Assembly: GCA_964016885.1 (NCBI GenBank)
Contig: OZ024744.1
Span: 27,342,001-27,406,000 of the forward strand
Direction of reading: 5' to 3'
DNA: 64,000 nucleotides
Source of the DNA: Eledone cirrhosa
Taxonomy: Eukaryota
The notes beneath the pieces are model-generated. The model worked only from the letters and a program-made list of their open reading frames with translations. It did not search any database and was not told where the DNA came from. Position numbers and translations under genes: made by a program. Numbering within the stretch: position 1 is the first letter of the stretch; each line of letters opens with the position of its first letter. Of this stretch, positions 27,001-42,000 are shown one piece after another.

Positions 27001-30000
27001 ACCAGAAGTCTCCACTGTTACGGCTAGGCATCTCAGTGCATGTGGTGGAAAGAAGGGAGGGAACCTTAGGGCCAGGCACATCAGAAGTCTCCACTGCTAC
27101 GGCTAGGCATCTCAGTGCATGTGGTGGTAAGAAGGGAGGTAACCTTAGGGCCAAGGACACCAAAAGTATCCACTGCTACGGCTAGGCATCTCAGTGCATG
27201 TGGTGGTAAGAAGGGAGGTAACCTTAGGGCCAGGGACACCAGAAGACTCCACTGTTGCGCTAGGCATCTCAGTGCATGTGGTGGTAAAGAGGGAGGTAAC
27301 CTTAGGGCCAGGGACACCAGAAGTTCCACTGTTACGGCTAGGCATCTCAGTGCATGTGGTGGTAAGAAGGGAGGTAATCATAGGGCCAGGGACACCAGAA
27401 GACTCCACTGTTACGGCTAGGCATCTCAGTGCATGTGGTGGTAATGAGGGAGGTAACCTTAGGGCCAGGGACACCAGACGTCTCCACTGCTACGGCTAGG
27501 CATCTCAGTGCATGTGGTGGTAAGAAGGGAGGTAACCTTAGGGCCAGGGACACCAGAAGTCTCCACTGCTACGGCTAGGCATCTCAGTGCATGTGGTGGT
27601 AAGAAGGGAGGTAAACTTAGGGCCAGGGACACCAGAAGTTTCCACTGTTACGGCTAGGCATGTCAGTGCATGTGGTGGTAAGAAGTGAGGTAACCTTAGG
27701 TCCAAGGACACCAGAAGTCTCCACTGTTACGGCTAGGCATCTCAGTGCATGTGGTGGTAAGAAGGGAGGTAATCTTAGGGCCAGGGACACCAGAAGTCTC
27801 AAGTGTTACGGCTAGGCATCTCAGTGCATGTGGTGGTAAGAAGGGAGGTAACCTTAGGGCCAAGGAGACCAGAAGTCTCCACAGCTACGGCTAGGCATCT
27901 CAGTGCATGTGGTGGTAAGAAGGGAGGTAACCTTAGGGCCAAGGACACCAAAAGTCTCCACTGCTACGGCTAGGCATCTCAGTGCATGTGGTGGTAAGAA
28001 GGGAGGTAACCTTAGGGCCAGGGACACCAGAAGACTCCACTGTTACGGCTAGGCATCTCAGTGCATGTGGTGGTAAAGAGGGAGGTAACCTTAGGGCCAG
28101 GGACACCAGAAGTCTCCACTGCTACGGCTAGGCATCTCAGTGCATGTGGTGGTAAGAAGGGAGGTAAACCTAGGGCCAGGGACACAAGAAGTTTCCACTG
28201 TTACGGCTAGGCATGTCAGTGCATGTGGTGGTAAGAAGGGAGGTAACCTTAGGTCCAAGGATACCAGAAGTCTCCACTGTTACGGCTAGGCATCTCAGTG
28301 CATGTGGTGGTAAGGAGGGAGGTAACCTTAGGGCCAGGGACACCGGAAGACTCCACTACTACGGCTAGGCATCTCAGTGCATGTGGTGGTAAGAAAGGAG
28401 GTATCCTTAGGGCCAGGGACACCAGAAGTCTCCACTATTACGGCTTGGCATGTCCGTGCATGTGGTGGTAAGGAGGGAGGTAACCTTAGGGCCAGGGATA
28501 CCAGAAGTCTCCACTGTTACGGCTAGGCATCTCAGTGCATTTGGTGGTAAGAATGGAGGTAACCTTAAGGCCAGGGACACCGAAGTCTCCACTGTTACGG
28601 CTAGGCATGTCAGTGCATGTGGTGGTAATGAGGGAGGTAACCTTAGGGCCAGGGACACCAGAAGTCTCCACTGTTACGGCTAGGCATGTCAGTGCATGTG
28701 GTGGTAAGAAGCGAGGTAACCTTAGGGCCAGGGACACCAGAAGTGTCCACTGCTACGGCTAGGCATCTCAGTGCATGTGGTGGTAAGAAAGGAGGTAACC
28801 TTAGGGCCAGGGACACCAGAAGTCTCCACTGTTAAGGCTTGGCATCTCAGTGCATGTGGTGGTAAGAAGGGAGGTAACCTTAAGGCCAGGGACACCAGAA
28901 GTCTCCAGTGTTACGGCTAGGCATCTCAGTGCATGTGGTGGTAAGAAGGGAGGTAACCTTAGGGCCAAGAAGATCAGAAGTCTCCACAGCTACGGCTAGG
29001 CATCTCAGTGCATGTGGTGGTAAGAAGGGAGGTAACCTTAGGGACAGGGACACCAGAATTCTCCACTGCTACGGCTAGGCATCTCAGTGCATGTGGTGGT
29101 AAGAAGGGAGGGAACCTTAGGGCCAGGGACACCAGAAGTCTCCACTGTTACGGCTAGGCATCTCAGTGCATGTGGTGGTAAGAAGGGAGGGAACCTTAGG
29201 GCCAGGCACATCAGAAGTCTCCACTGCTACGGCTAGGCATCTCAGTGCATGTGGTGGTAAGAAGGGAGGTAACCTTAGGGCCAAGGACACCAAAAGTATC
29301 CACTGCTACGGCTAGGCATCTCAGTGCATGTGGTGGTAAGAAGGGAGGTAACCTTAGGGCCAGGGACACCAGAAGACTCCACTGTTGCGCTAGGCATCTC
29401 AGTGCATGTGGTGGTAAAGAGGGAGGTAACCTTAGGGCCAGGGACACCAGAAGTTCCACTGTTACGGCTAGGCATCTCAGTGCATGTGGTGGTAAAGAGG
29501 GAGGTAACCTTAGGGCCAGGGACACCAGAAGTTCCACTGCTACGGCTAGGCATCTCAGTGCATGTGGTGGTAAGAGGGAGGTAACCTTAGGGCCAAGGAC
29601 ACCAGAAGTCTCCACTGTTACGGCTAGGCATGTCAGTGCATGTGGTGGTAAGAAGGGAGGGAACCTTAGGGCCAGGGACACCAGAAGTCTCCACTGTTAC
29701 GGCTAGGCATCTCAGTGCATGTGGTGGTAAGAAGGGAGGGAACCTTAGGGCCAGGCACACCATAAGTCTCCACTGCTACGGCTAGGCATCTCAGTGCATG
29801 TGGTGGTAAGAAATGAGGTAACCTTAGGGCCAGGGACACCAGAAGACTCCACTGTACGGCTTGGCATGTCAGTGCATGTGGTGGTAAGGAGGGAGGTAAC
29901 CTTAGGGCCAGGGACACCAGAAGTCTCCACTGTTACGGCTAGGCATGTCAGTGCATGTGGTGGTAAGAAGGGAGGTAACCTTAGGGCCAGGGACACCAGA

Positions 30001-33000
30001 AGTGTCCACTGCTACGGCTAGGCATCTCAGTGCATGTGGTGGTAAGAAGGGAGGTAACCTTAGGGCCAGGGACACCAGAAGTCTCCAGTGTTACGGCTAG
30101 GCATCTCAGTGCATGTGGTGGTAAGAAAGGAGGTAACCTTAGGGACAAGGAGAACAGAAGTGTCCACAGCTACGGCTAGGCATCTCAGTGCATGTGGTGG
30201 TAAGAAGGGAGGTAACCTTATGGCCAAGGACACCAAAAGTCTCCACTGCTACGGCTAGGCATCTCAGTGCATGTGGTGGTAAGAAGGGAGGTAACCTTAG
30301 GGCCAGGGACACCAGAAGACTCCACTGTTACGGCTAGGCATCTCAGTGCATGTGGTGGTAAAGAGGGAGGTAACCTTAGGGCCAGGGACACCAGACGTCT
30401 CCACTGCTAGGGCTAGGCATCTCAGTGCATGTGGTGGTAAGAAGGGAGGTAACCTTAGGGCCAGGGACACCAGAAGTCTCCACTGTTACGGCTAGGCATG
30501 TCAGTGCATGTGGTGGTAAGAATGGAGGTAACCTTAGGTCCAAGGACACCAGAAGTCTCCACTGTTACGGCTACGCATCTCAGTGCATGTGGTGGTAAGA
30601 AGGGAGGTAATCTTAGGGCCAGGGACACCAGAAGTCTCCAGTGTTACGGCTAGGCATCTCAGTGCATGTGGTGGTAAGAAGGGAGGTAACCTTAGGGCCA
30701 AGGAGACCAGAAGTCTCCACAGCTACGGCTAGGCATCTCAGTGCATGTGGTGGTAAGAAGGGAGGTAACCTTAGGGCCAAGGACACCAAAAGTCTCCACT
30801 GCTACGGCTAGGCATCTCAGTGCATGTGGTGGTAAGAAGGGAGGTAACCTTAGGGCCAGGGACACCAGAAGACTCCACTGTTACGGCTAGGCATCTCAGT
30901 GCATGTGGTGGTAAAGAGGGAGGTAACCTTAGGGCCAGGGACACCAGAAGTCTCCACTGCTACGGCTAGGCATCTCAGTGCATGTGGTGGTAAGAAGGGA
31001 GGTAAACCTAGGGCCAGGGACACAAGAAGTTTCCACTGTTACGGCTAGGCATGTCAGTGCATGTGGTGGTAAGAAGGGAGGTAACCTTAGGTCCAAGGAT
31101 ACCAGAAGTCTCCACTGTTACGGCTAGGCATCTCAGTGCATGTGGTGGTAAGGAGGGAGGTAACCTTAGGGCCAGGGACACCGGAAGACTCCACTACTAC
31201 GGCTAGGCATCTCAGTGCATGTGGTGGTAAGAAAGGAGGTATCCTTAGGGCCAGGGACACCAGAAGTCTCCACTATTACGGCTTGGCATGTCCGTGCATG
31301 TGGTGGTAAGGAGGGAGGTAACCTTAGGGCCAGGGATACCAGAAGTCTCCACTGTTACGGCTAGGCATCTCAGTGCATTTGGTGGTAAGAATGGAGGTAA
31401 CCTTAAGGCCAGGGACACCGAAGTCTCCACTGTTACGGCTAGGCATGTCAGTGCATGTGGTGGTAATGAGGGAGGTAACCTTAGGGCCAGGGACACCAGA
31501 AGTCTCCACTGTTACGGCTAGGCATGTCAGTGCATGTGGTGGTAAGAAGCGAGGTAACCTTAGGGCCAGGGACACCAGAAGTGTCCACTGCTACGGCTAG
31601 GCATCTCAGTGCATGTGGTGGTAAGAAAGGAGGTAACCTTAGGGCCAGGGACACCAGAAGTCTCCACTGTTAAGGCTTGGCATCTCAGTGCATGTGGTGG
31701 TAAGAAGGGAGGTAACCTTAAGGCCAGGGACACCAGAAGTCTCCAGTGTTACGGCTAGGCATCTCAGTGCATGTGGTGGTAAGAAGGGAGGTAACCTTAG
31801 GGCCAAGGAGATCAGAAGTCTCCACAGCTACGGCTAGGCATCTCAGTGCATGTGGTGGTAAGAAGGGAGGTAACCTTAGGGACAGGGACACCAGAATTCT
31901 CCACTGCTACGGCTAGGCATCTCAGTGCATGTGGTGGTAAGAAGGGAGGGAACCTTAGGGCCAGGGACACCAGAAGTCTCCACTGTTACGGCTAGGCATC
32001 TCAGTGCATGTGGTGGAAAGAAGGGAGGGAACCTTAGGGCCAGGCACATCAGAAGTCTCCACTGCTACGGCTAGGCATCTCAGTGCATGTGGTGGTAAGA
32101 AGGGAGGTAACCTTAGGGCCAAGGACACCAAAAGTATCCACTGCTACGGCTAGGCATCTCAGTGCATGTGGTGGTAAGAAGGGAGGTAACCTTAGGGCCA
32201 GGGACACCAGAAGACTCCACTGTTGCGCTAGGCATCTCAGTGCATGTGGTGGTAAAGAGGGAGGTAACCTTAGGGCCAGGGACACCAGAAGTTCCACTGT
32301 TACGGCTAGGCATCTCAGTGCATGTGGTGGTAAGAAGGGAGGTAATCATAGGGCCAGGGACACCAGAAGACTCCACTGTTACGGCTAGGCATCTCAGTGC
32401 ATGTGGTGGTAATGAGGGAGGTAACCTTAGGGCCAGGGACACCAGACGTCTCCACTGCTACGGCTAGGCATCTCAGTGCATGTGGTGGTAAGAAGGGAGG
32501 TAACCTTAGGGCCAGGGACACCAGAAGTCTCCACTGCTACGGCTAGGCATCTCAGTGCATGTGGTGGTAAGAAGGGAGGTAAACTTAGGGCCAGGGACAC
32601 CAGAAGTTTCCACTGTTACGGCTAGGCATGTCAGTGCATGTGGTGGTAAGAAGTGAGGTAACCTTAGGTCCAAGGACACCAGAAGTCTCCACTGTTACGG
32701 CTAGGCATCTCAGTGCATGTGGTGGTAAGAAGGGAGGTAATCTTAGGGCCAGGGACACCAGAAGTCTCCAGTGTTACGGCTAGGCATCTCAGTGCATGTG
32801 GTGGTAAGAAGGGAGGTAACCTTAGGGCCAAGGAGACCAGAAGTCTCCACAGCTACGGCTAGGCATCTCAGTGCATGTGGTGGTAAGAAGGGAGGTAACC
32901 TTAGGGCCAAGGACACCAAAAGTCTCCACTGCTACGGCTAGGCATCTCAGTGCATGTGGTGGTAAGAAGGGAGGTAACCTTAGGGCCAGGGACACCAGAA

Positions 33001-36000
33001 GACTCCACTGTTACGGCTAGGCATCTCAGTGCATGTGGTGGTAAAGAGGGAGGTAACCTTAGGGCCAGGGACACCAGAAGTCTCCACTGCTACGGCTAGG
33101 CATCTCAGTGCATGTGGTGGTAAGAAGGGAGGTAAACCTAGGGCCAGGGACACAAGAAGTTTCCACTGTTACGGCTAGGCATGTCAGTGCATGTGGTGGT
33201 AAGAAGGGAGGTAACCTTAGGTCCAAGGATACCAGAAGTCTCCACTGTTACGGCTAGGCATCTCAGTGCATGTGGTGGTAAGGAGGGAGGTAACCTTAGG
33301 GCCAGGGACACCGGAAGACTCCACTACTACGGCTAGGCATCTCAGTGCATGTGGTGGTAAGAAAGGAGGTATCCTTAGGGCCAGGGACACCAGAAGTCTC
33401 CACTATTACGGCTTGGCATGTCCGTGCATGTGGTGGTAAGGAGGGAGGTAACCTTAGGGCCAGGGATACCAGAAGTCTCCACTGTTACGGCTAGGCATCT
33501 CAGTGCATTTGGTGGTAAGAATGGAGGTAACCTTAAGGCCAGGGACACCGAAGTCTCCACTGTTACGGCTAGGCATGTCAGTGCATGTGGTGGTAATGAG
33601 GGAGGTAACCTTAGGGCCAGGGACACCAGAAGTCTCCACTGTTACGGCTAGGCATGTCAGTGCATGTGGTGGTAAGAAGCGAGGTAACCTTAGGGCCAGG
33701 GACACCAGAAGTGTCCACTGCTACGGCTAGGCATCTCAGTGCATGTGGTGGTAAGAAAGGAGGTAACCTTAGGGCCAGGGACACCAGAAGTCTCCACTGT
33801 TAAGGCTTGGCATCTCAGTGCATGTGGTGGTAAGAAGGGAGGTAACCTTAAGGCCAGGGACACCAGAAGTCTCCAGTGTTACGGCTAGGCATCTCAGTGC
33901 ATGTGGTGGTAAGAAGGGAGGTAACCTTAGGGCCAAGAAGATCAGAAGTCTCCACAGCTACGGCTCGGCATCTCAGTGCATGTGGTGGTAAGAAGGGAGG
34001 TAACCTTAGGGACAGGGACACCAGAATTCTCCACTGCTACGGCTAGGCATCTCAGTGCATGTGGTGGTAAGACGGGAGGGAACCTTAGGGCCAGGGACAC
34101 CAGAAGTCTCCACTGTTACGGCTAGGCATCTCAGTGCATGTGGTGGTAAGAAGGGAGGGAACCTTAGGGCCAGGCACATCAGAAGTCTCCACTGCTACGG
34201 CTAGGCATCTCAGTGCATGTGGTGGTAAGAAGGGAGGTAACCTTAGGGCCAAGGACACCAAAAGTATCCACTGCTACGGCTAGGCATCTCAGTGCATGTG
34301 GTGGTAAGAAGGGAGGTAACCTTAGGGCCAGGGACACCAGAAGACTCCACTGTTGCGCTAGGCATCTCAGTGCATGTGGTGGTAAAGAGGGAGGTAACCT
34401 TAGGGCCAGGGACACCAGAAGTTCCACTGTTACGGCTAGGCATCTCAGTGCATGTGGTGGTAAAGAGGGAGGTAACCTTAGGGCCAGGGACACCAGAAGT
34501 TCCACTGCTACGGCTAGGCATCTCAGTGCATGTGGTGGTAAGAGGGAGGTAACCTTAGGGCCAAGGACACCAGAAGTCTCCACTGTTACGGCTAGGCATG
34601 TCAGTGCATGTGGTGGTAAGAAGGGAGGGAACCTTAGGGCCAGGGACACCAGAAGTCTCCACTGTTACGGCTAGGCATCTCAGTGCATGTGGTGGTAAGA
34701 AGGGAGGGAACCTTAGGGCCAGGCACACCATAAGTCTCCACTGCTACGGCTAGGCATCTCAGTGCATGTGGTGGTAAGAAAGGAGGTAACCTTAGGGCCA
34801 GGGACACCAGAAGACTCCACTGTACGGCTTGGCATGTCAGTGCATGTGGTGGTAAGGAGGGAGGTAACCTTAGGGCCAGGGACACCAGAAGTCTCCACTG
34901 TTACGGCTAGGCATGTCAGTGCATGTGGTGGTAAGAAGGGAGGTAACCTTAGGGCCAGGGACACCAGAAGTGTCCACTGCTACGGCTAGGCATCTCAGTG
35001 CATGTGGTGGTAAGAAGGGAGGTAACCTTAGGGCCAGGGACACCAGAAGTCTCCAGTGTTACGGCTAGGCATCTCAGTGCATGTGGTGGTAAGAAAGGAG
35101 GTAACCTTAGGGACAAGGAGAACAGAAGTGTCCACAGCTACGGCTAGGCATCTCAGTGCATGTGGTGGTAAGAAGGGAGGTAACCTTATGGCCAAGGACA
35201 CCAAAAGTCTCCACTGCTACGGCTAGGCATCTCAGTGCATGTGGTGGTAAGAAGGGAGGTAACCTTAGGGCCAGGGACACCAGAAGACTCCACTGTTACG
35301 GCTAGGCATCTCAGTGCATGTGGTGGTAAAGAGGGAGGTAACCTTAGGGCCAGGGACACCAGACGTCTCCACTGCTAGGGCTAGGCATCTCAGTGCATGT
35401 GGTGGTAAGAAGGGAGGTAACCTTAGGGCCAGGGACACCAGAAGTCTCCACTGTTACGGCTAGGCATGTCAGTGCATGTGGTGGTAAGAATGGAGGTAAC
35501 CTTAGGTCCAAGGACACCAGAAGTCTCCACTGTTACGGCTACGCATCTCAGTGCATGTGGTGATAAGGAGGGAGGTAACCTTAGGGCCAGGGACACCAGA
35601 AGACTCCACTGCTACGGCTAGGCATCTCAGTGCATGTGGTGATAAGAAGGGAGGTAACCTTAGGGCCAAGGACACCAGAAGTCTCCACTGTTACGGCTAG
35701 GCATGTCAGTGCATGTGGTGGTAAGAAGGGAGGGAACCTTAGGGCCAGGGACACCAGAAGTCTCCACTGTTACGGCTAGGCATCTCAGTGCATCTGGTGG
35801 TAAGAAGGGAGGGAACCTTAGGGCCAGGCACACCAGAAGTCTCCACTGCTACGGCTAGGCATCTCAGTGCATGTGGTGGTAAGAAAGGAGGTAACCTTAG
35901 GGCCAGGGACACCAGAAGTCTCCACTGTTAAGGCTTGGCATGTCAGTGCATGTGGTGGTAAGGAGGGAGGTAACCTTAGGGCCAAGGATACCAGAAGTCT

Positions 36001-39000
36001 CCACTGTTACGGCTAGGCATCTCAGTGCATTTGGTGGTAAGAAGGGAGGTAACCTTAAGGCCAGGGACACCAGAAGTCTCCACTGTTATGGCTAGGCATG
36101 TCAGTGCATGTGGTGGTAAGGAGGGAGGTAACCTTAGGGCCAGGGACACCAGAAGTCTCCACTGTTACGGCTAGGCATGTCAGTGCATGTGGTAGTAAGA
36201 AGGGAGGTAACCTTAGGGCCAGGGACACCAGAAGTGTCCACTGCTACGGCTAGGCATCTCAGTGCATGTGGTGGTAAGAAGGGGGGTAAACTTAGGGCCA
36301 GGGACACCAGAAGTCTCCAGTGTTACGGCTAGGCATCTCAGTGCATGTGGTGGTAAGAAGGGAGGTAACCTTAGGGCAAAGGAGACCAGAAGTCTCCACA
36401 GCTACGGCTAGGCATCTCAGTGCATGTGGTGGTAAGAAGGGAGGTAAAATTAGGGCCAAGGACACCAGAAGTCTCCACTGCTACGGCTAGGCATCTCAGT
36501 GCATGTGATGGTAAGAAGGGAAGGAACCATAGGGCCAGGGACACCAGAAGTCTCCACTGTTACGGCTAGGCATCTCAGTGCATGTGGTGGTAAGAAGGGA
36601 GGGAACCTTAGCGCTAGGGACACCAGAAGTCTCCACTGTTACGGCTAGGCATCTCAGTGCATGTGGTGGTAAGAAGGGAGGGAACCTTAGGGCCAGGCAC
36701 ATCAGAAGTCTCCACTGCTACGGCTAGGCATCTCAGTGCATGTGGTGGTAAGAAAGGGAGGTAACCTTAGGGCCAGGGACACCAGAAGTCTCCACTGCTA
36801 CGGCTAGGCATCTGAGTGCATGTGGTGTCAAGAAAGGAGGTAACCTTAGGGCCAAGGACACCAGAAGTCTCCACTGCTACGGCTAGGCATCTCAGTGCAT
36901 GTGGTGGTAAGAGGGAGGTAACCTTAGGGCCAGGGACACCAGAAGTCTCCACTGCTACGGCTAGGCATCTCAGTGCATGTGGTGGTAAAGAGGGAGGTAA
37001 CCTTAGGGCCAGGGACACCAGACGTCTCCACTGCTACGGCTAGGCATCTCAGTGCATGTGGTGGTAAGAAGGGAGGTAACCTTAGGGCCAGGGACACCAG
37101 AAGTCTCCACTGCTACGGCTATGCATCTCAGTGCATGTGGTGGTAAGAAGGGAGGTAAACTTAGGGCCAGGGACACCAGAAGTCTCCACTGTTACGGCTA
37201 GGCATGTCAGTGCATGTGGTGGTAAGAAGGGAGGTAACCTTAGGGCCAGGGACACCACAAGTCTCCACTGTTACGGCTAGGCATCTCAGTGCATGTGGTG
37301 GTAAGAAGGGAGGTAACCTTAGGTCCAAGGACACCAGAAGTCTCCACTCTTACGGCTAGGCATCTCAGTGCATGTGGTGGTAAGGAGGGAGGTAACCTTA
37401 GGGCCAGGGACACCAGAAGACTCCACTGCTACGGCTAGGCATCTCAGTGCATGTGGTGGTAAGAAGGGAGGTAACCTTAGGGCCAAGGACACCAGAAGTC
37501 TCCACTGTTACGTCTAGGCATGTCAGTGCATGTGGTGGTAAGAAGGGAGGGAACCTTAAGGCCAGGGACACCAGAAGTCTCCACTGCTACGGCTAGGCAT
37601 GTCAGTGCATGTGGTGGTAAAGAGGGAGGTAACCTTAGGGCCAGGGACACCAGAAGTCTCCACTGTTACGGCTAGGCATGTCAGTGCATGTGGTGGTAAG
37701 AAGCGAGGTAACCTTAGGGCCAGGGACACCAGAAGTGTCCACTGCTACGGCTAGGCATCTCAGTGCATGTGGTGGTAAGAAGGGAGGTAGCCTTAAGGCC
37801 AGGGACACCAGAAGTCTCCAGTGTTACGGCTAGGCATCTCAGTGCATGTGGTGGTAAGAAGGGAGGTAAGCTTAGGGCCAAGGAGATCAGAAGTCTCCAC
37901 AGCTACGGCTAGGCATCTCAGTGCATGTGGTGGTAAGAAGGGAGGTAACCTCAGGGCCAAGGACACCAGAAGTCTCCACTGCTACGGCTAGGCATCTCAG
38001 TGCATGTGGTGGTAAGAGGGAGGTAACCTTAGGGCCAGGGACACCAGAAGTCTCCACTGCTACGGCTAGGCATCTCAGTGCATGTAGTGGTAAAGAGGGA
38101 GGTAACCTTAGGGCCAGGGACACCAGACGTCTCCACTGCTACGGCTAGGGATCTCAGTGCATGTGGTGGTAAGAAGGGAGGTAACCTTAGGGCCAGGGAC
38201 ACCAGAAGTCTCCACTGCTACGGCTAGGCATCTCAGTGCATGTGGTGGTAAGAAGGGAGGTAACCTTAGGGCCAGGGACACCAGAAGTCTCCACTGCTAC
38301 GGCTAGGCATCTCAGTGCATGTGGTGGTAAGAAGGGAGGTAACCTTAGGGCCAGGGACACCAGAAGTTTCCACTGTTACGGCTATGCATCTCAGTGCATG
38401 TGGTGGTAAGAAGGGAGGTAACCTTAGGGCCAGGGACACCAGAAGTCTCCACTGCTACGGCTAGGCATCTCAGTGCATGTGGTGGTAAGAAGGGAGGTAA
38501 CCTTAGGGCCAGGGACACCAGAAGTTTCCACTGTTACGGCTATGCATCTCAGTGCATGTGGTGGTAAGAAGGGAGGTAACCTTAGGGCCAGGGACACCAG
38601 AAGTCTCCACTGCTACAGCTAGGCATGTCAGTGCATGTGGTGGTAAGAATGGAGGTAACCTTAGGGCCAGGGACACCAGAAGTCTCCACTGTTACGGCTA
38701 GGCATCTCAGTGCATGTGGTGGTAAGAAGGGAGGTAACCTTAGTGCCAAGGACACCAGAAGTGTCCACTGTTACGGCTAGGCATCTCAGTGGATGTGGTG
38801 GTAAGAAGGGAGGTAACCTTAGGGCCAGGGACAGCAGAAGTCTCCACTGTTACGGCTAGGCATGTCAGTGCATGTGGTGGTAAGAATGGAGGTAACCTTA
38901 GGGCCAGGGACACCAGAAGTCTCCACTGTTAAGGCTAGGCATCTCAGTGCATGTGGTGGTAAGAATGGAGGTAACCTTAGGGCCAGGGACACCAGAAGTC

Positions 39001-42000
39001 TCCACTGTTAAGGCTAGGCATCTCAGTGCATGTGGTGGTAAGAATGGAGGTAACCTTAGGGCCAGGGACACCAGAAGTCTCCACTGTTAAGGCTAGGCAT
39101 CTCAGTGCATGTGGTGGTAAGAAGGGAGGTAACCTTAGGGCCAGGGACACCAGAAGTCTCCACTGCTACGGCTAGGCATGTCAGTGCATGTGGTGGTAAG
39201 AAGGGAGGTAACCTTAGGTCCAAGGACACCAGAAGTCTCCACTGTTACGGCTACGCATCTCAGTGCATGTGGTGATAAGGAGGGAGGTAACCTTAGGGCC
39301 AGGGACACCAGAAGACTCCACTGCTACGGCTAGGCATCTCAGTGCATGTGGTGGTAAGAAGGGAGGTAACCTTAGGGCCAAGGACACCAGAAGTCTCCAC
39401 TGTTACGGCTAGGCATGTCAGTGCATGTGGTGGTAAGAAGGGAGGGAACCTTAGGGCCAGGGACACCAGAAGTCTCCACTGTTACAGCTAGGCATCTCAG
39501 TGCATCTGGTGGTATGAAGGGAAGGAACCTTAGGGCCAGGCACACCAGAAGTCTCCACTGCTACGGCTAGGCATCTCAGTGCATGTGGTGGTAAGAAAGG
39601 AGGTAACCTTAGGGCCAGGGACACCAGAAGTCTCCACTGTTAAGGCTTGGCATGTCAGTGCATGTGGTGGTAAGGAGGGAGGTAACCTTAGGGCCAAGGA
39701 TACCAGAAGTCTCCACTGTTACGGCTAGGCATCTCAGTGCATTTGGTGGTAAGAAGGGAGGTAACTTTAAGGCCAGGGACACCAGAAGTCTCCACTGTTA
39801 CGGCTAGGCATCTCAGTGCATGTGGTGGTAAGAAGGGAGGTAACCTTAGGGCCAAGGACACCAGAAGTCTCCACTGTTACGGCTAGGCATATCAGTGCAT
39901 GTGGTGGTAAGAAGGGAGGGAACCTTAGGGCCAGGGACACCAGAAGTCTCCACTGTTACAGCTAGGCATCTCAGTGCATCTGGTGGTAAGAAGGGAGGTA
40001 ACCTTAGGGCCAGGCACACCAGAAGTCTCCACTGCTACGGCTAGGCATCTCAGTGCATGTGGTGGTAAGAAAGGAGGTAACCTTAGGGCCAGGGACACCA
40101 GAAGTCTCCACTGTTAAGGCTTGGCATGTCAGTGCATGTGGTGGTAAGGAGGGAGGTAACCTTAGGGCCAGGGACACCAGAAGTTTCCACTGTTACGGCT
40201 ATGCATCTCAGTGCATGTGGTGGTAAGAAGGGAGGTAACCTTAGGGCCAGGGACACCAGAAGTTTCCACTGTTACGGCTATGCATCTCAGTGCATGTGGT
40301 GGTAAGAAGGGAGGTAACCTTAGGGCCAGGGACACCAGAAGTCTCCACTGCTACGGCTAGGCATGTCAGTGCATGTGGTGGTAAGAATGGAGGTAACCTT
40401 AGGGCCAGGGACACCAGAAGTCTCCACTGTTACGGCTAGGCATCTCAGTGCATGTGGTGGTAAGAAGGGAGGTAACCTTAGTGCCAAGGATACCAGAAGT
40501 GTCCACTGTTACGGCTAGGCATCTCAGTGGATGTGGTGGTAAGAAGGGAGGTAACCTTAGGGCCAGGGACAGCAGAAGTCTCCACTGTTACGGCTAGGCA
40601 TGTCAGTGCATGTGGTGGTAAGAATGGAGGTAACCTTAGGGCCAGGGACACCAGAAGTCTCCACTGTTAAGGCTAGGCATCTCAGTGCATGTGGTGGTAA
40701 GAATGGAGGTAACCTTAGGGCCAGGGACACCAGAAGTCTCCACTGTTAAGGCTATGCATCTCAGTGCATGTGGTGGTAAGAATGGAGGTAACCTTAGGGC
40801 CAGGGTCACCAGAAGTCTCCACTGTTAAGGCTAGGCATCTCAGTGCATGTGGTGGTAAGAAGGGAGGTAACCTTAGGGCCAGGGACACCAGAAGTCTCCA
40901 CTGCTACGGCTAGGCATGTCAGTGCATGTGGTGGTAAGAAAGGAGGTAACCTTAGGTCCAAGGACACCAGAAGTCTCCACTGTTACGGCTACGCATCTCA
41001 GTGCATGTGGTGATAAGGAGGGAGGTAACCTTAGGGCCAGGGACACCAGAAGACTCCACTGCTACGGCTAGGCATCTCAGTGCATGTGGTGGTAAGTAGG
41101 GAGGTAACCTTAGGGCCAAGGACACCAGAAGTCTCCACTGTTACGGCTAGGCATGTCAGTGCATCTGGTGGTATGAAGGGAGGGAACCTTAGGGCCAGGC
41201 ACACCAGAAGTCTCCACTGCTACGGCTAGGCATCTCAGTGCATGTGGTGGTAAGAAAGGAGGTAACCTTAGGGCCAGGGACACCAGAAGTCTCCACTGTT
41301 AAGGCTTGGCATGTCAGTGCATGTGGTGGTAAGGAGGGAGGTAACCTTAGGGCCAAGGATACCAGAAGTCTCCACTGTTACGGCTAGGCATCTCAGTGCA
41401 TTTGGTGGTAAGAAGGGAGGTAACCTTAAGGCCAGGGACACCAGAAGTCTCCACTGTTACGGCTAGGCATCTCAGTGCATGTGGTGGTAAGAAGGGAGGT
41501 AACCTTAGGGCCAAGGACACCAGAAGTCTCCACTGTTACGGCTAGGCATATCAGTGCATGTGGTGGTAAGAAGGGAGGGAACCTTAGGGCCAGGGACACC
41601 AGAAGTCTCCACTGTTACAGCTAGGCATCTCAGTGCATCTGGTGGTAAGAAGGGAGGTAACCTTAGGGCCAGGCACACCAGAAGTCTCCACTGCTACGGC
41701 TAGGCATCTCAGTGCATGTGGTGGTAAGAAAGGAGGTAACCTTAGGGCCAGGGACACCAGAAGTCTTCACTGTTAAGGCTTGGCATGTCAGTGCATGTGG
41801 TGGTAAGGAGGGAGGTAACCTTAGGGCCAGGGACACCAGAAGTCTCCACTGTTAAGTCTTGGCATGTCAGTGCATGTGGTGGTAAGGAGGGAGGTAACCT
41901 TAGGGCCAGGGACACCAGAAGTCTCCACTGTTACGGCTAGGCATGTCAGTGCATGTGGTGGTAAGAAGGGAGGTAACCTTAGGGCCAGGGACACCAGAAG

